A stretch of 64,000 nt of DNA, taken from NCBI GenBank assembly GCA_964463005.1, contig CAYWZZ010000004.1:2589-66588 (forward strand). The letters are read 5' to 3'. Below, piece after piece: positions 21,038 through 32,028 of this stretch. The notes under the pieces are model-generated. The model had not been told where the DNA came from and did not search any database. It saw only the letters and a list, made by a program, of their open reading frames with translations. This DNA comes from an uncultured Candidatus Bathyarchaeia archaeon. GTDB lineage: Archaea > Thermoproteota > CALKCG01 > B24. Position numbers and translations under genes: made by a program. Position 1 is the stretch's first letter. The number at the start of each line of letters is the position of its first letter.

Positions 21038-21607
21038 TTGAAGCAATTGAGTAAAGAGAAGAAGAGTATATTGGAGCTATTATGGAGGATAAATAGGCCG
21101 GTAGACCTGGAGAGTATCGTTCGAGAAACTGGGTTGAAAACAAGATCCATTATTGTACACCTTTCGACTCTTAGAAAGATGGGCTACGTATCTATGACGG
21201 ACAAGAGTTTATACTCAGTAACAGATAAAGGTAAGGAGGCTTTAGGATTGCCGAAGATCGATAAGGATTTAGCCATAAGGTTTTTAAGTAAAGTACCGCA
21301 GGAGAAGGCCTTCCACTTTTACATCGAAGTAGATAAACCGTTAATGGTTTCAGCGGACTCTTTAACAGACTTCTATGAGAAGATTCAGAATATAGATGTG
21401 AAATCTATAGAATTTCACACTTCACGTAGAGACTTTGAACTATGGATCCACTTCATAGGTGATGTAGAGCTAGCTAAAAGATTAAGCGTGCTTAGAGAGG
21501 CGAATCTAACTGGCGAGGAACTGAGGAGGAAAATATATGAGACTGTGAAATCCAGATGCGAAGAGCTTCAGAGAATAGTCTCCTCACAGTTAGAAGCTCG
21601 ATCTTAA
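21038..21607 (+). CDS. wHTH regulator fused to a DUF5752-like domain
   Basis: N-terminal HTH (HL..L...GYV...Y.VT.KG). C-terminus VPQEKAFHFY...ADSL.DF...SIEFH..R.DFE.W matches the tail of the GH57 protein. Confidence 0.7.
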   Translation: MKQLSKEKKSILELLWRINRPVDLESIVRETGLKTRSIIVHLSTLRKMGYVSMTDKSLYSVTDKGKEALGLPKIDKDLAIRFLSKVPQEKAFHFYIEVDKPLMVSADSLTDFYEKIQNIDVKSIEFHTSRRDFELWIHFIGDVELAKRLSVLREANLTGEELRRKIYETVKSRCEELQRIVSSQLEARS

Positions 21608-21634
21608 GGATATGAATCGGTCTTTATATGATTT

Positions 21635-22377
21635 CTATGAATAATTCTCCCCTGATTTGTAAAGGGGATATGCTTTTAATAAGTCGTTGCTTAATATGGA
21701 AGGGCACCAGTATTTCTCAATGTACTCAACGACTAACTCCGTACCTCTCTCATGGCTAACATGAGGCGGCCGACGGGGATTATACATAGCGTCTGTTAAG
21801 TCTCTAACGAGAATACACCTTACGCCCCATTTAACCATCTGCTTAATTCCAAAGGACTTGTTTAGAATGCACATATTCGTGTGTATGCCCATTATTATGA
21901 GGTTTTTAATCCCACGTAATTTCATGAAGCTGTATATCTCTAAACCATCATCCGATATCACGTCAGGCTCCATAATTTCGATGGCAGGATGCTGTCTAGT
22001 CCATGCCTTATATGGTCTACAAAGTGGGATATCATCGCAACCGCCATCCGAGTCATCGATTGGTAGAGGAGGGGAGGGGATGTTTGACGGGCTCGGTGGG
22101 GTAACGCGAGGAATATTGGCAATCTTCTGCCTATAAGATGTATCTATGTAGGAGTTCATGGTTTCTGAAGGTGAGTGTATTATCTGTACACCGTTCTTCC
22201 TAGCGGCTTTAACTACACGATTCATTTTAGCGACGAGAGCGTTGATGCGTTCAGTTGCACTCTTACACCAATGTTTATCCCAAACATCACTACCTTTAAA
22301 CGTCTCAACACGGTTCGGAGGTTGAGTCTAAGAACCTTTAAACCTTTTGTTTTCTTGATCTTCTGACCAGCATTCAA
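21635..22377 (-). pseudogene. Isochorismatase/cysteine-hydrolase-like protein, disrupted N-terminus
   Basis: Upstream of the called ORF the frame reads RVETFKGSDVWDKHWCKSATERI, then hits a TAG. LRLNLR lies in another frame. Core has MGIHTNMC and LVRDLTDAMY. Confidence 0.6.
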
Positions 22378-22513
22378 CGTGTAACACCCGATAGGTGATT
22401 ACTTGAAAACATATAAGGCTAGGTAATATATAAGTTCTTCCATCAATTTATTGGATGCCCGCTTACAAATTGAAATATTAACTTCTAGGATTGGATAATA
22501 TAGGGGTGTTTAA

Positions 22514-24897
22514 ATGGTGTTAATCGACATTTACGATGCATTTGTTTTAACGCCGAATGATATTTCAAGAGTGGAAGCTAAAGCGATAACAGTTTTGATT
22601 GAAGAGGTGGAGAAGAGAACTGGGATTAAACTTCCAGTAGTTCATCAATGGGAGGGTGAAGATAGAACAATAATTATAGTAGGCTCGGAGAAGTCTCTAG
22701 AAGGCCTGAGAATTCCCTACTTAAACCTCTTAGATGAATTGGAAAAGCCAGGTAGAGAGGGTTATAGGATTCTTGTAGAAAGGCCGAAAAACCATCCGGT
22801 TATTTTCATAGTCGGGAGAGACGAGCGGGGGGTTCTCTATGGAGTTGGAAGATTTCTACGTAAAATCGTATGGAGGAAAGGCTCTATAAAAATAGATGAT
22901 AAATTAAAAATCTCCAGTACACCAGTGTATCCTTTAAGAGGTCATCAACTAGGTTATAGGCCGAAAAGCAACACATATAATGCGTGGTCTGTTGAGCAGT
23001 TCGATCAATATATACGTGAATTAACGATCTTCGGTGCAAATGCGATTGAAATAGTTCCGCCTAGGACGGATGACGACCCGGTAAGTCCTCTTATGAAAGC
23101 TCCGCCTTTGGAAATTATGGAGAAATTATCTCAGATAATAGACTCATACGGGTTAGATGTATGGATTTGGTATCCCAACATCCCTGAGCTCTGTTCTCTA
23201 GCTCAGAGCTCTCAAATGAAGAGATTATAAAAAAGGAGCTAGCTGAACGTGAAGAAATCTTCAATAGACTCATCCGGATAGATGCGGTTTTCATCCCTGG
23301 CGGAGACCCTGGAAGATTGAAAGCGAGCGAGTTATTCCAATGGGCTGAGAAAGTGGCGAAAATACTACACAAATATCATCCTAATGCTAAAATTTGGCTA
23401 TCCCCACAATTCCCAGAAGAACCTTTAAACAGTTGGTACTCTGAATTTTATGAAAACATTAAAAGAAAACCGGATTGGTTAGGAGGGATAGTTTTTGGAC
23501 CTAGAGTGAAGACCCCGCTACCGGAACTACGTAAAATAATCCCAGATGAATATCCCATTCGCCATTATTCGGATATTACCCACTCTATTAGATGTCAATA
23601 TCCAGTTCCAAATTGGGATTTAGCCTTCGCCATAACATTGGGACGTGAATGCATCAATCCGAGGCCTAAAGCTGAAAAGTACATTCACAATTTATTTGCA
23701 CAATATACAATTGGAAGTATAAGCTATTCAGAAGGTGTAAATGATGACGTAAATAAATTCGTATGGAGTGATCAAGATTGGGATCCAAATACGCCCTTGA
23801 TAGAGACTTTAAGAGATTATGCCCGCTTATTCATTAGCAGTGAATGGGTGGATGAAATAGCACATTGTCTTATGGCTTTAGAGGAGAATTGGATCGGCCC
23901 TGCGATAGCTAATGAAGGTATAGAGGTAACCTTAAGACAGTGGCAAGAGCTTGAGAAGATTATTCCTCAAGAGGTTTTAGAGAACTGGCGTTTTCAAATG
24001 GGATTACTCAGAGCATACTACGATGCTTATATTAGAAGGAGGCTGATTTATGAAACGGAGCTGGAAAAAGAGGCTATTGAAATACTGGAATCAGCTGATT
24101 CAATAGGCTCTTTAAAGGCGATGGAAGAGGCTGAGAAGATATTGAGGAGAGCTCAAACAGAGCCTGTAGCTGTGAAATACCGTAAAAAATGTGAAGAATT
24201 AGCTGACAAACTCTTTAAAAATATCGGACTACAGCTTTCAGTTAAAAGACATCAAGCGGCAAACTGGGAGAGAGGAGCGTTTATAGATGATATTGACATA
24301 CCATTAAACAATATTGACTGGTTATTAGCTCAATTCGACCGTATACGTAAAATGGGAGATGAAGATCAGAGGCTGAAGGCAATAGGTGAAGTTATAAACA
24401 GGGTAAACCCTGGTTCTGGAGGCTACTATGAGAATTTCGGGGATTATAAAAGTACGAGTCGCCTGTTTAAAGACAGTGATTGGAAGAAGGATCCGGGATT
24501 CCTCACATCTAAGGGGATAACATTTGCAACACCTTTGCTCCATCTGAAGGAGTACGTGACTGAGTACGGTGGCGTTCCTCTAGCTTGGATTAGTAATATT
24601 TTCTCACCCTATCAACATCCTTTAACGATTTCTTATGATGATTTAGACCCAACAGCATCCTATAAAATTAGAGTGACGTATGTAGGTTTTTCAGAAGGTG
24701 AGGTGAAACTATTGGCTAATGGAAGATACATTATTCATGATTTCATCAACATTTACAATAAATGCATAACCATAGAGCGCTCCATCCCTCAAGAAGCGAT
24801 TAGTGATGGAGAATTAAATTTAACATGGATTGTAAAAGAGGGAGGCCGAGGGGTAAGCGTAGCTGAGCTCTGGATAATAAAAGTGAAAAATACTTAA
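22514..24897 (+). pseudogene. Large glycoside-hydrolase-like protein (GH20/GH67-type N-terminal domain) split by a frameshift near 23182-23212
   Basis: ORF1 reads to WIWYPNI. A second frame continues SNEEIIKKELAEREEIF...DAVFIPGGDPG into ORF 23317-24897. Confidence 0.65.
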
Positions 24898-25045
24898 CCT
24901 CTCTGGTTGATGTATGCGCTATCATTTGTTATTATTATATTGTTATAATTGAATTATATACCGTTTTTCTCATCAACGGTTGAGATGCGCGGATGTATTT
25001 CTCAGTTGAGATTAGATGATCGTCTAATGTCGGCGGTTAAATATC

Positions 25046-25903
25046 TTAAGGAGAATGTAGTATTTCACGGATTATCTTCTTCATTTCATCAGTGTTGAAC
25101 ACTTCCTTCCAATCAGTCTTCAAAATCCTATCACGTCCATATCTTATAGCGTTTTCAGCGGCTTTAGAAATTTTATGAGAAGATTCTTCAAATAAAACAG
25201 CCAGTAGAATTCTAATGTGTCCGAGTAGAAAAGCTCGGGCCGCTTTCTCTGGAACACCGAGTCTTACAGCTTCATTAAATGCTTCTCTCATGAGATAGGA
25301 TGCTGCCCCTATAACTATTTCTGAGGCTATTGGTTCGAGAATAGCTATTTCATCAACAGTTAATCTGTAACAATTAACGACTGGTGCAAATATTTCCCTA
25401 CAGATCTTCTCGGCAAGTTTAAGGTTTTCCTCTCTTCCATGTAGTAAAGCAATTACTATGTCTTGTTTGGCTACTCCTCCAAAGAAGTCTCTATAGGCCT
25501 CTATTGACTCTTGCTCTTGGAAAAGTTGCGGATGGCATGGATGTACTATAACGAAAGTGCGATCATCCCGTAGATATACATCTCCCACGTATGCGGCTGC
25601 GGCGTCTAGTAGAATCATGGTAGCGTTTCTCCTCATCGTTGGAGCAATCGTTTTTGATAAATCACCTATCTTATCACCTGGAACAGCCATGATAATAACA
25701 TCGCTTATCGGAATAGCATCCTCCACTCTGGTGGCTGTTAACCCTTTTTTCTGAAGCTTGATAACCCCTTCGCCTTTTTCACATAAGAAAACGTTGTAAT
25801 CTTTCCTGAGTAGCCTATCTGTAATAAAGCTACCAGCTGTCCCCCCAGCACCGATAATTGTAATATTCAGCTTTTCTCCGCTACCCCCTACTTCAACTTT
25901 CAT
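25046..25903 (-). CDS. NAD-dependent oxidoreductase, D-apionate oxidoisomerase / PGDH_C-like
   Basis: IIGAGG.AG Rossmann motif, LDAAAAY, HPCHP, D.FGG.AKQ.IV.AL..G, AILEP..SE. ATG at 25903 overlaps the upstream TGA. Confidence 0.7.
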   Translation of the reverse strand: MKVEVGGSGEKLNITIIGAGGTAGSFITDRLLRKDYNVFLCEKGEGVIKLQKKGLTATRVEDAIPISDVIIMAVPGDKIGDLSKTIAPTMRRNATMILLDAAAAYVGDVYLRDDRTFVIVHPCHPQLFQEQESIEAYRDFFGGVAKQDIVIALLHGREENLKLAEKICREIFAPVVNCYRLTVDEIAILEPIASEIVIGAASYLMREAFNEAVRLGVPEKAARAFLLGHIRILLAVLFEESSHKISKAAENAIRYGRDRILKTDWKEVFNTDEMKKIIREILHSP

Positions 25904-26708
25904 TTTAACAGCCTCCTCTTCAAATACTCGATACTTCTGATGGCCCACTCTTCTTTCAATATAGTTTTTCTATTGAACCCATGAATGGCACCCACAACTC
26001 TACTATTACACTTGGCTTTCTCCCTTTTCTCTCCAAAACTTGAAAAGCCAGTCGACGTTCAGCCTTCCCCTACCTAGTGGACGGCCAACTACTTTAAACC
26101 CCATTCTACATCTAACTCTTACTATATCGAAGTCTTTCAAATGTAGGTTTATCGTGAAAGCTGCAAGCCTATTTACAACATCCTCTAAGCCCTCTAAAGC
26201 ACCAAATGAATTGACCGTATCCAAACGAGCCCCAACATAAGGACTACCTAGCTTCTTTATTAGAAGAGCCAATTCTCTCGATTTAAATTGTTCATAGTTT
26301 TCTAAAGCTATTGAAACACCTTCCCTTTCAAAGATGGGAAGAATCTGTTTAATTTGCATTATAATCCTATTTAAGCTCGGTTTTCTACCGGAAACTTCAA
26401 ATACCGTTCTCAGTAGCTTTGCGTTTAACTTTTTCGCTATTTTTAGATGTGTCAGCAAGTTTTCAGGTTCAATCCCACGCGTACCAACCTGGATGTTAAT
26501 CCCCATATTGTGAGCGGTTTTTGAAAGATCATCCAATGTACTATCATCCATCTTATGGGGGAAAATTATCGCATATTTGAACAGTATTAACGCTTAAAGA
26601 TTCGGCTTTCTCCAGCAAACCCATAGCATCTAGGGGAACTTTAGGTTGAGGATAGCCTTAAACACCGAAAGCCCATGGAAAAGTATAGGAGCCTATGCTC
26701 AACTCCAT
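25900..26708 (-). pseudogene. Sugar phosphate isomerase/epimerase (xylose-isomerase-like TIM barrel), pseudogene
   Basis: ATG 26708 with GGTGA SD. SYTFPWAFGV* in-frame stop, frameshift near 26556 and another near 26020 (VIVELWVPF...W...S..YL). Core has ALEN.E, LDTVNS, LHLKDF. Confidence 0.75.
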
Positions 26709-26792
26709 TATATCACCTATTAAACTCTACGATAGATTCCAACAATCACACTGATTAAATTTAATAGTGATGGTGGAAATTCGGTTTAAATA

Positions 26793-27803
26793 GTGGTCGA
26801 TTTGCACCCTTTAACAATTGGTTATAAAACTTGCCATGAACAGTATCAACTCGATAGACTTTTAGTACATGCAGTTTTAGCTGAAAAGTACGGTTTTGAA
26901 ACACTTTGGACGAGTGACCACTTCCACCCGTGGGCTCACACTGGAGCTGCCGGAGGCTTTGCTTGGGTGTGGATAGCGTCAGCCGCTGAAAAGACAAACA
27001 GTATTAAAATTGGGACTTCTGTAACTGTGCCAATTCTTAGATATCACCCAGCGATAGTTGCTCAAGCCTTTGCAACCCTCGCCTACATGTATCCCGATAG
27101 GATATTTCTCGGACTTGGCGCAGGAGAAGCGTTAAATGAATCTCCTTTAGGATATGTTTGGCCTACTCCGAAGCAACGCGTTGAAATGCTTGAAGAAGCA
27201 ATTATCATTATCAAGAAGTTGTGGAGCGGAAACTTCACAACTTTTAAAGGAAAATACTATAGGTTGAAGAAGGCAAAACTTTATACTACGCCGAAGAAGC
27301 CCATAAAGATTTACGTAGCCGCTGGCGGACCTAAAGTTGCGGAACTGGCTGGAAGACATGCTGATGGAATTCTCATAGGCCCTGGGGGATTGACGAAAGC
27401 CGAAAGACTGTTTAATGCCTTTGAAGAAGGGGCTAGGAAAGCTGGTAGAAAACCCGAGTTGTTGGAGAGAGTTGCAGAGCTCTTAGTCTCGTATGATGAA
27501 GACTATGAGAAGGCATTGAAATCTTGCCGATTCTGGTGTGGATCTATGCTACCCATTTTCTTCAAATACGACATATACGACCCTAGAGAGATAGAAGAGC
27601 ATGGAAAACTTGTCGGAGATGAAGCCTTAGCTGAGAAATGGATAATTGCAACAACAGCCGATGAACATATTGAAGCGATAGAAAAGTACGTTAAAGCTGG
27701 TTTTAACCATATATATTTCGTAAGCTCAAGCCCCGATGAGGTGAAGTTTATAAAATTCTACGGAGAAAAAGTCCTACCGTATTTTAAACAGTACTCTAAA
27801 TAG
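26793..27803 (+). CDS. F420-dependent LLM oxidoreductase, G6PDH-like subfamily
   Basis: HEQY, SDHFHPW.H, RYHPAIVAQAFATL, LGLGAGEALNE. Confidence 0.85.
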   Translation: MVDLHPLTIGYKTCHEQYQLDRLLVHAVLAEKYGFETLWTSDHFHPWAHTGAAGGFAWVWIASAAEKTNSIKIGTSVTVPILRYHPAIVAQAFATLAYMYPDRIFLGLGAGEALNESPLGYVWPTPKQRVEMLEEAIIIIKKLWSGNFTTFKGKYYRLKKAKLYTTPKKPIKIYVAAGGPKVAELAGRHADGILIGPGGLTKAERLFNAFEEGARKAGRKPELLERVAELLVSYDEDYEKALKSCRFWCGSMLPIFFKYDIYDPREIEEHGKLVGDEALAEKWIIATTADEHIEAIEKYVKAGFNHIYFVSSSPDEVKFIKFYGEKVLPYFKQYSK

Positions 27804-27898
27804 CCAACTTCTAATATTGAACCAAAGACTAGAGATGAGAGCTCTAGGGTATTAGATATCTTTGGAAGGCATAATAGTTTACCACAGTATTGATTTTT

Positions 27899-29086
27899 CT
27901 ACTTTTTATAAAAAACTTGGAATAAGCACACAATTAAGCTTATAGATAAACCTAAGATGTATGGAGCATTCGGGGCGTATTCTGATACAAAGCCTCCAGT
28001 TAGTGAGCCTAAGAAGTATCCTACGCCTATAAGGCTTTCGAATAAACCACTGGCATAGCCTTTCTTAGCACCCCAGTCTTTGAGAAGTGTTGCTATTGAA
28101 GATGCGTAAAGTATGCCTGCTCCAAAACCGAAAAACGCAAAGGATATAGCAAATATCAATGCTGTGGAGCCTATTGCCGTTAGAGCCGATGCAAACGCCA
28201 TTATTAACGAGCCAGTTAAAAACACGAAGCGTCTGTTGAATTTAGCCTCAATCTTATAGGTTTCAAAGAAAGCTATGAGTCTGAATAAACCGTTGATCAG
28301 CATTATCAAGCCAACAGTATACGCGGGAATTCCAAGGCTGACTGCATAAGCTGGAAAGAGGTTGAATATCACTCCACCTATAGATGAGAATAGTAAAATC
28401 TCCACTATAGCTCCAACTATTGAAACACTACGATTTTCAATTGACGCTAAAGTTTCACTTTCCCCAACAAGCTCATCTTTTAAACGCTCTTTAACCATGA
28501 CGACTGCTAGAAAAGCCAGCGTAAGCGATATTATTAAAGCCGTTATAAAGGGAGTTTTAACCCCGATGACGCTGATCAAGGATCCACCTATCATGGGCCC
28601 TACGATCGTTGCAGAACCCCATGATAGATTGAACCTTCTAAGAGTTTCCTCAACATTTACTTCTGAAGCCTCTACTAGAAGCGCCTCTACCGATGGCCAG
28701 AACAATGACACTGAAATCCATTCTAAAGCCTTAACTGGGATGAGCATGTAAGGGTCCTCTACAATACTGTACAAGAGACAAGATAAACCGTAGAGAAAAG
28801 TGGAAGTGAAAACGAAAGTTTTCTTCCTAAATCTATCCGATAGAACTCCTGAAGCCAGAGGCATGAAGGAGTAGATCAAACCACCAGTAGCTCCTATGAA
28901 TCCTAGTAGTAGCGGAGAAGCCCCCAATTCCGCAGCGTATATTGGCACAGCTATTCCAACGATCCCGGTAAGCATCTGCATTAGAAAAGCTGAAGTCAAT
29001 AGAAAACTTGAAGTAAGACTTTTGCCACAGTTTAGTCTGTTCATTTTCGATTTCCACTTGAAAATTTCACATTCGTACACTTGCAA
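27899..29086 (-). CDS. MFS transporter
   Basis: About 12 hydrophobic segments, G.LSDRF.RK motif A. Confidence 0.85.
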   Translation of the reverse strand: MQVYECEIFKWKSKMNRLNCGKSLTSSFLLTSAFLMQMLTGIVGIAVPIYAAELGASPLLLGFIGATGGLIYSFMPLASGVLSDRFRKKTFVFTSTFLYGLSCLLYSIVEDPYMLIPVKALEWISVSLFWPSVEALLVEASEVNVEETLRRFNLSWGSATIVGPMIGGSLISVIGVKTPFITALIISLTLAFLAVVMVKERLKDELVGESETLASIENRSVSIVGAIVEILLFSSIGGVIFNLFPAYAVSLGIPAYTVGLIMLINGLFRLIAFFETYKIEAKFNRRFVFLTGSLIMAFASALTAIGSTALIFAISFAFFGFGAGILYASSIATLLKDWGAKKGYASGLFESLIGVGYFLGSLTGGFVSEYAPNAPYILGLSISLIVCLFQVFYKK

Positions 29087-29245
29087 TATAAACGTTTATT
29101 CTTACGACGACATTCTACGTTCAAAAACGTTTTAACATTAGACTTCTAGAGGAGGGCTTCAATATTGCAGATGGGAAGCTCAATAACGCTTACGATTTGG
29201 AAATAGTTTAAGTGGAAAGATTAAAAGACTGTCTTTGTAAGACAT

Positions 29246-30337
29246 GTGTTTGTGAAAGACATGTTTGTAAAAAGCCCTTCACTATCATGGAGGGAAAACT
29301 ATCTTAGAAGTGTTGAGTTCAGAGAGCCTGAGTATATACCATGCCGTATAACGGTCATGTGGCCCCTATGGAACACTTACAGGGAGAAGCTTGAAGAAGT
29401 TGCTTTAAAACATCCAGCGGTTTTCCCGGGGTTTAAACCTGGGTCTATAAAATATGGCGTTAAACCTGGTATTTTAAGAGCCAATCGGACAATTAGAGAT
29501 CCTTTTGGATGCGTTTGGAGTTTCAACATAGAGGGGTTTCAAGGTCAAGTCGTACATCATCCACTTGAAAATTGGGAGGATTTTAAGAAATATGAAATGC
29601 CCGATCCGGAAGATGGAGTTCCCATCGAGGGAGCTGAAAAACCCATCCACTGGGATGTGGTATTCTCAAGCTTAGATAAAGCGAGGAGTGAAGGTAATCT
29701 GGTGATTGCAAGTATGCCTCACGGCTTCTTCTTTCAAAGACTCTACTACCTTAGAGGATTTACAAATCTTATGAAGGATTTCATTCAGAAGCCGCCTCAA
29801 ATCTATGAGCTAATAGAAAGACTTACGGAATTTAATCTCAAACTCGTAGATAAATTTCTAAGTTTCGGTAGAATAGACGTATTCTACTTCGGAGACGACC
29901 TCGGTACACAGACCAGAATGCCCATAAGCCCGAGAACGTTCAGAGAATTCATATTTCCAAGTTATGCTAAAATATTTCAAAGGATAAGAAGCCTAGGAAC
30001 CCACGTATACCTACATACAGACGGACATGTAGTTGAAGTTTTGGATCAACTCATGGAGGCTGGTGCAGATATTCTGAATATTCAAGATAGAGTGAACGGT
30101 TTAGATAACATAGCTTCCATGTGTAAGGGTAGGGTTTGCATAGACCTAGACATAGATAGACAGTACCTAGTACCATTTGGAAAAGCCGATGACATTAGAA
30201 GCTACATTAAGGGAATAGTAGAGCTACTAGCTATGAAAAAAGGAGGGTTGATGCTTGAAGCGGAAATACACCCACCAACACCATTGGAGAACATAGAGGC
30301 CGTAGCTAAAGCTATGGAGGAGTTCATGTGGCTTTAA
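29246..30337 (+). CDS. UROD / MtaA-CmuA-like family protein
   Basis: RENYLR..EFR.PE.IP, D.FGCVW, GDDLGTQ, LHTDG, P..PLENIEA. Confidence 0.8.
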   Translation: MFVKDMFVKSPSLSWRENYLRSVEFREPEYIPCRITVMWPLWNTYREKLEEVALKHPAVFPGFKPGSIKYGVKPGILRANRTIRDPFGCVWSFNIEGFQGQVVHHPLENWEDFKKYEMPDPEDGVPIEGAEKPIHWDVVFSSLDKARSEGNLVIASMPHGFFFQRLYYLRGFTNLMKDFIQKPPQIYELIERLTEFNLKLVDKFLSFGRIDVFYFGDDLGTQTRMPISPRTFREFIFPSYAKIFQRIRSLGTHVYLHTDGHVVEVLDQLMEAGADILNIQDRVNGLDNIASMCKGRVCIDLDIDRQYLVPFGKADDIRSYIKGIVELLAMKKGGLMLEAEIHPPTPLENIEAVAKAMEEFMWL

Positions 30338-30460
30338 ATATGTCAAACCCAGTTAGATTCGTTCAAGTATCTAAAGTGGAAAAAGTCTTAACAACGGTTT
30401 ATAATCTTATTCAATTTCAATCCTATTAAGAGGTGGTCAGTTTTCGAGGGGTGTTTACAA

Positions 30461-31543
30461 ATGCAAGATGAGAAGATGGATAGGTTTAATGTCGGCGGTC
30501 TTGCAGAAACTTTTCCAGAACAGTTTGAAGAAGCCTATAGGATTGGCTTGGAGTTTGCAAGCACAATAGACTTTGAAAAGCTTAACCCCAGTATGATCGT
30601 ATTTGTCGGGGTAGGTGGTTCAGCAGTTGGAGGGGATCTGATTGGAGATTGGCTTAGATGTAGGGTTAAAATTCCAATAAACGTAGGTAGAAGCTATGAT
30701 CCACCGGCTTATCTTTCAGATAAAACATTAGTGTTTGCCATAAGCTACTCTGGAAATACCGAAGAGACGTTAAGCTTCATGATTAAGGCGCATAAACTCG
30801 GATGTGCAGTAATCTCGTTGAGTTCGGGTGGTTTTATGGAGAGATTGTCGGAGAGGCTCAGAATACCCCATATAAAAGTTCCATCTGGTCTTCTCCCAAG
30901 GGCGGCAATAGCCTACTTATCTACACCACTAATACCTATTGTTGAAAAACTGACCAATATCGATCTTAAATGGGAGGTTGATGAAACTCTAGAAAACCTG
31001 AGAAAACTTAGAGCCAAGCTCGTAAGGGCAACCCCTATTGAAGAAAACCCTGCTAAGAAACTCGCTGGGATGATTTACGGCAAGATTCCCACAATATTCG
31101 GGTATGGATATCTCTCGTCTGTCGCTAGGAGGTTTAAAAATCAACTCAATGAGAACAGCAAAATCGTAGCTAGATGGGATGAATTTCCAGAGTTAAATCA
31201 TAATGAAATTATGGCCTATCAAAACCCTGAATCTTACGTTAAAAACCAGTTTATCATCTTTTTAAGAGGAAGAGTTGAGCAACCCGAGATCACAGCTAGA
31301 ATTGAGAATACTAGAAGGATTGTAGAGGGGAAAGTTTCAGGAATTTACGACCTATATGGTTTAGGAAGCTCAATACTTTCAAACATCTATACAATACTCT
31401 ACGTAGCAGATTTCACATCCATATACTTAGCGTATCTTAGAGGCGTAGATCCCGGGGATACTTCATTAATAGAAGACTTAAAGAAGAAACTCGATTCATC
31501 GATTGGAATACTCTCTAGGATTAGAAGCGAATACAAGCTTTAA
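30461..31543 (+). CDS. Bifunctional phosphoglucose/phosphomannose isomerase
   Basis: G.GGSA.GG, SYSGNTEET, PRAA, NENSK, PELNHNEI. Confidence 0.9.
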   Translation: MQDEKMDRFNVGGLAETFPEQFEEAYRIGLEFASTIDFEKLNPSMIVFVGVGGSAVGGDLIGDWLRCRVKIPINVGRSYDPPAYLSDKTLVFAISYSGNTEETLSFMIKAHKLGCAVISLSSGGFMERLSERLRIPHIKVPSGLLPRAAIAYLSTPLIPIVEKLTNIDLKWEVDETLENLRKLRAKLVRATPIEENPAKKLAGMIYGKIPTIFGYGYLSSVARRFKNQLNENSKIVARWDEFPELNHNEIMAYQNPESYVKNQFIIFLRGRVEQPEITARIENTRRIVEGKVSGIYDLYGLGSSILSNIYTILYVADFTSIYLAYLRGVDPGDTSLIEDLKKKLDSSIGILSRIRSEYKL

Positions 31544-31546
31544 TTT

Positions 31547-31975
31547 TCAGAGGTCTAATAGAAACCTTAAGATCCACATTCCACCCTTCTTCTCTATACT
31601 CATCATGTGATACGTTACTGCTTTAACACCGACCCTCTGTTCATGTTTATCGGGATTGTAGTCTTCACCCCAAACTCTAGCTTTAAGATTAAAGCCTTCA
31701 GTTGTTCGCGTGATCTTTTCAACTTTAAACTTTGAATAGACTCTGACGTTTACGTCAAACATCACCAGTAGGTTTTCAAGCCAATTGTACAGTAATGATT
31801 CCAAGTCAAAACCCTCGACTTCGATAACCTCCTCTATCAAAGGTGCGACTTTAGATGTATTTGTCATCACCTCAAACATAGCTAATGCCGCATTTTCAAA
31901 CGCTTCTTCTAAAGTTAAACCATAGGCCTCTATGAGAGCGTCGCCCATATGTTGAAGGAACTTAAATCCACCCAT
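31547..31975 (-). CDS. Archease (RtcB tRNA-splicing ligase cofactor)
   Basis: H..D..IEAYG.TLEEAF.NAA, VKAVTYH, C-terminal LDL. Confidence 0.9.
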   Translation of the reverse strand: MGGFKFLQHMGDALIEAYGLTLEEAFENAALAMFEVMTNTSKVAPLIEEVIEVEGFDLESLLYNWLENLLVMFDVNVRVYSKFKVEKITRTTEGFNLKARVWGEDYNPDKHEQRVGVKAVTYHMMSIEKKGGMWILRFLLDL

Positions 31976-32028
31976 AACGGTAAATAAAATTATAAGGTGG
32001 TGCTTAAACTTTCAGTTTACGTGGAAGG

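Noticed and set aside
25900-26708. BHB introns as the cause of the TIM-barrel (and isochorismatase, PK_C-like) disruptions
   Set aside because: Lesions are point stops, 1-2 nt indels, deletions or a tandem duplication, with no BHB fold.
29234-29275. Imperfect tandem repeat tttgt(g)aaagacatg at a gene start
   Set aside because: Two to three short degenerate units without spacers. Not CRISPR, likely a local duplication.
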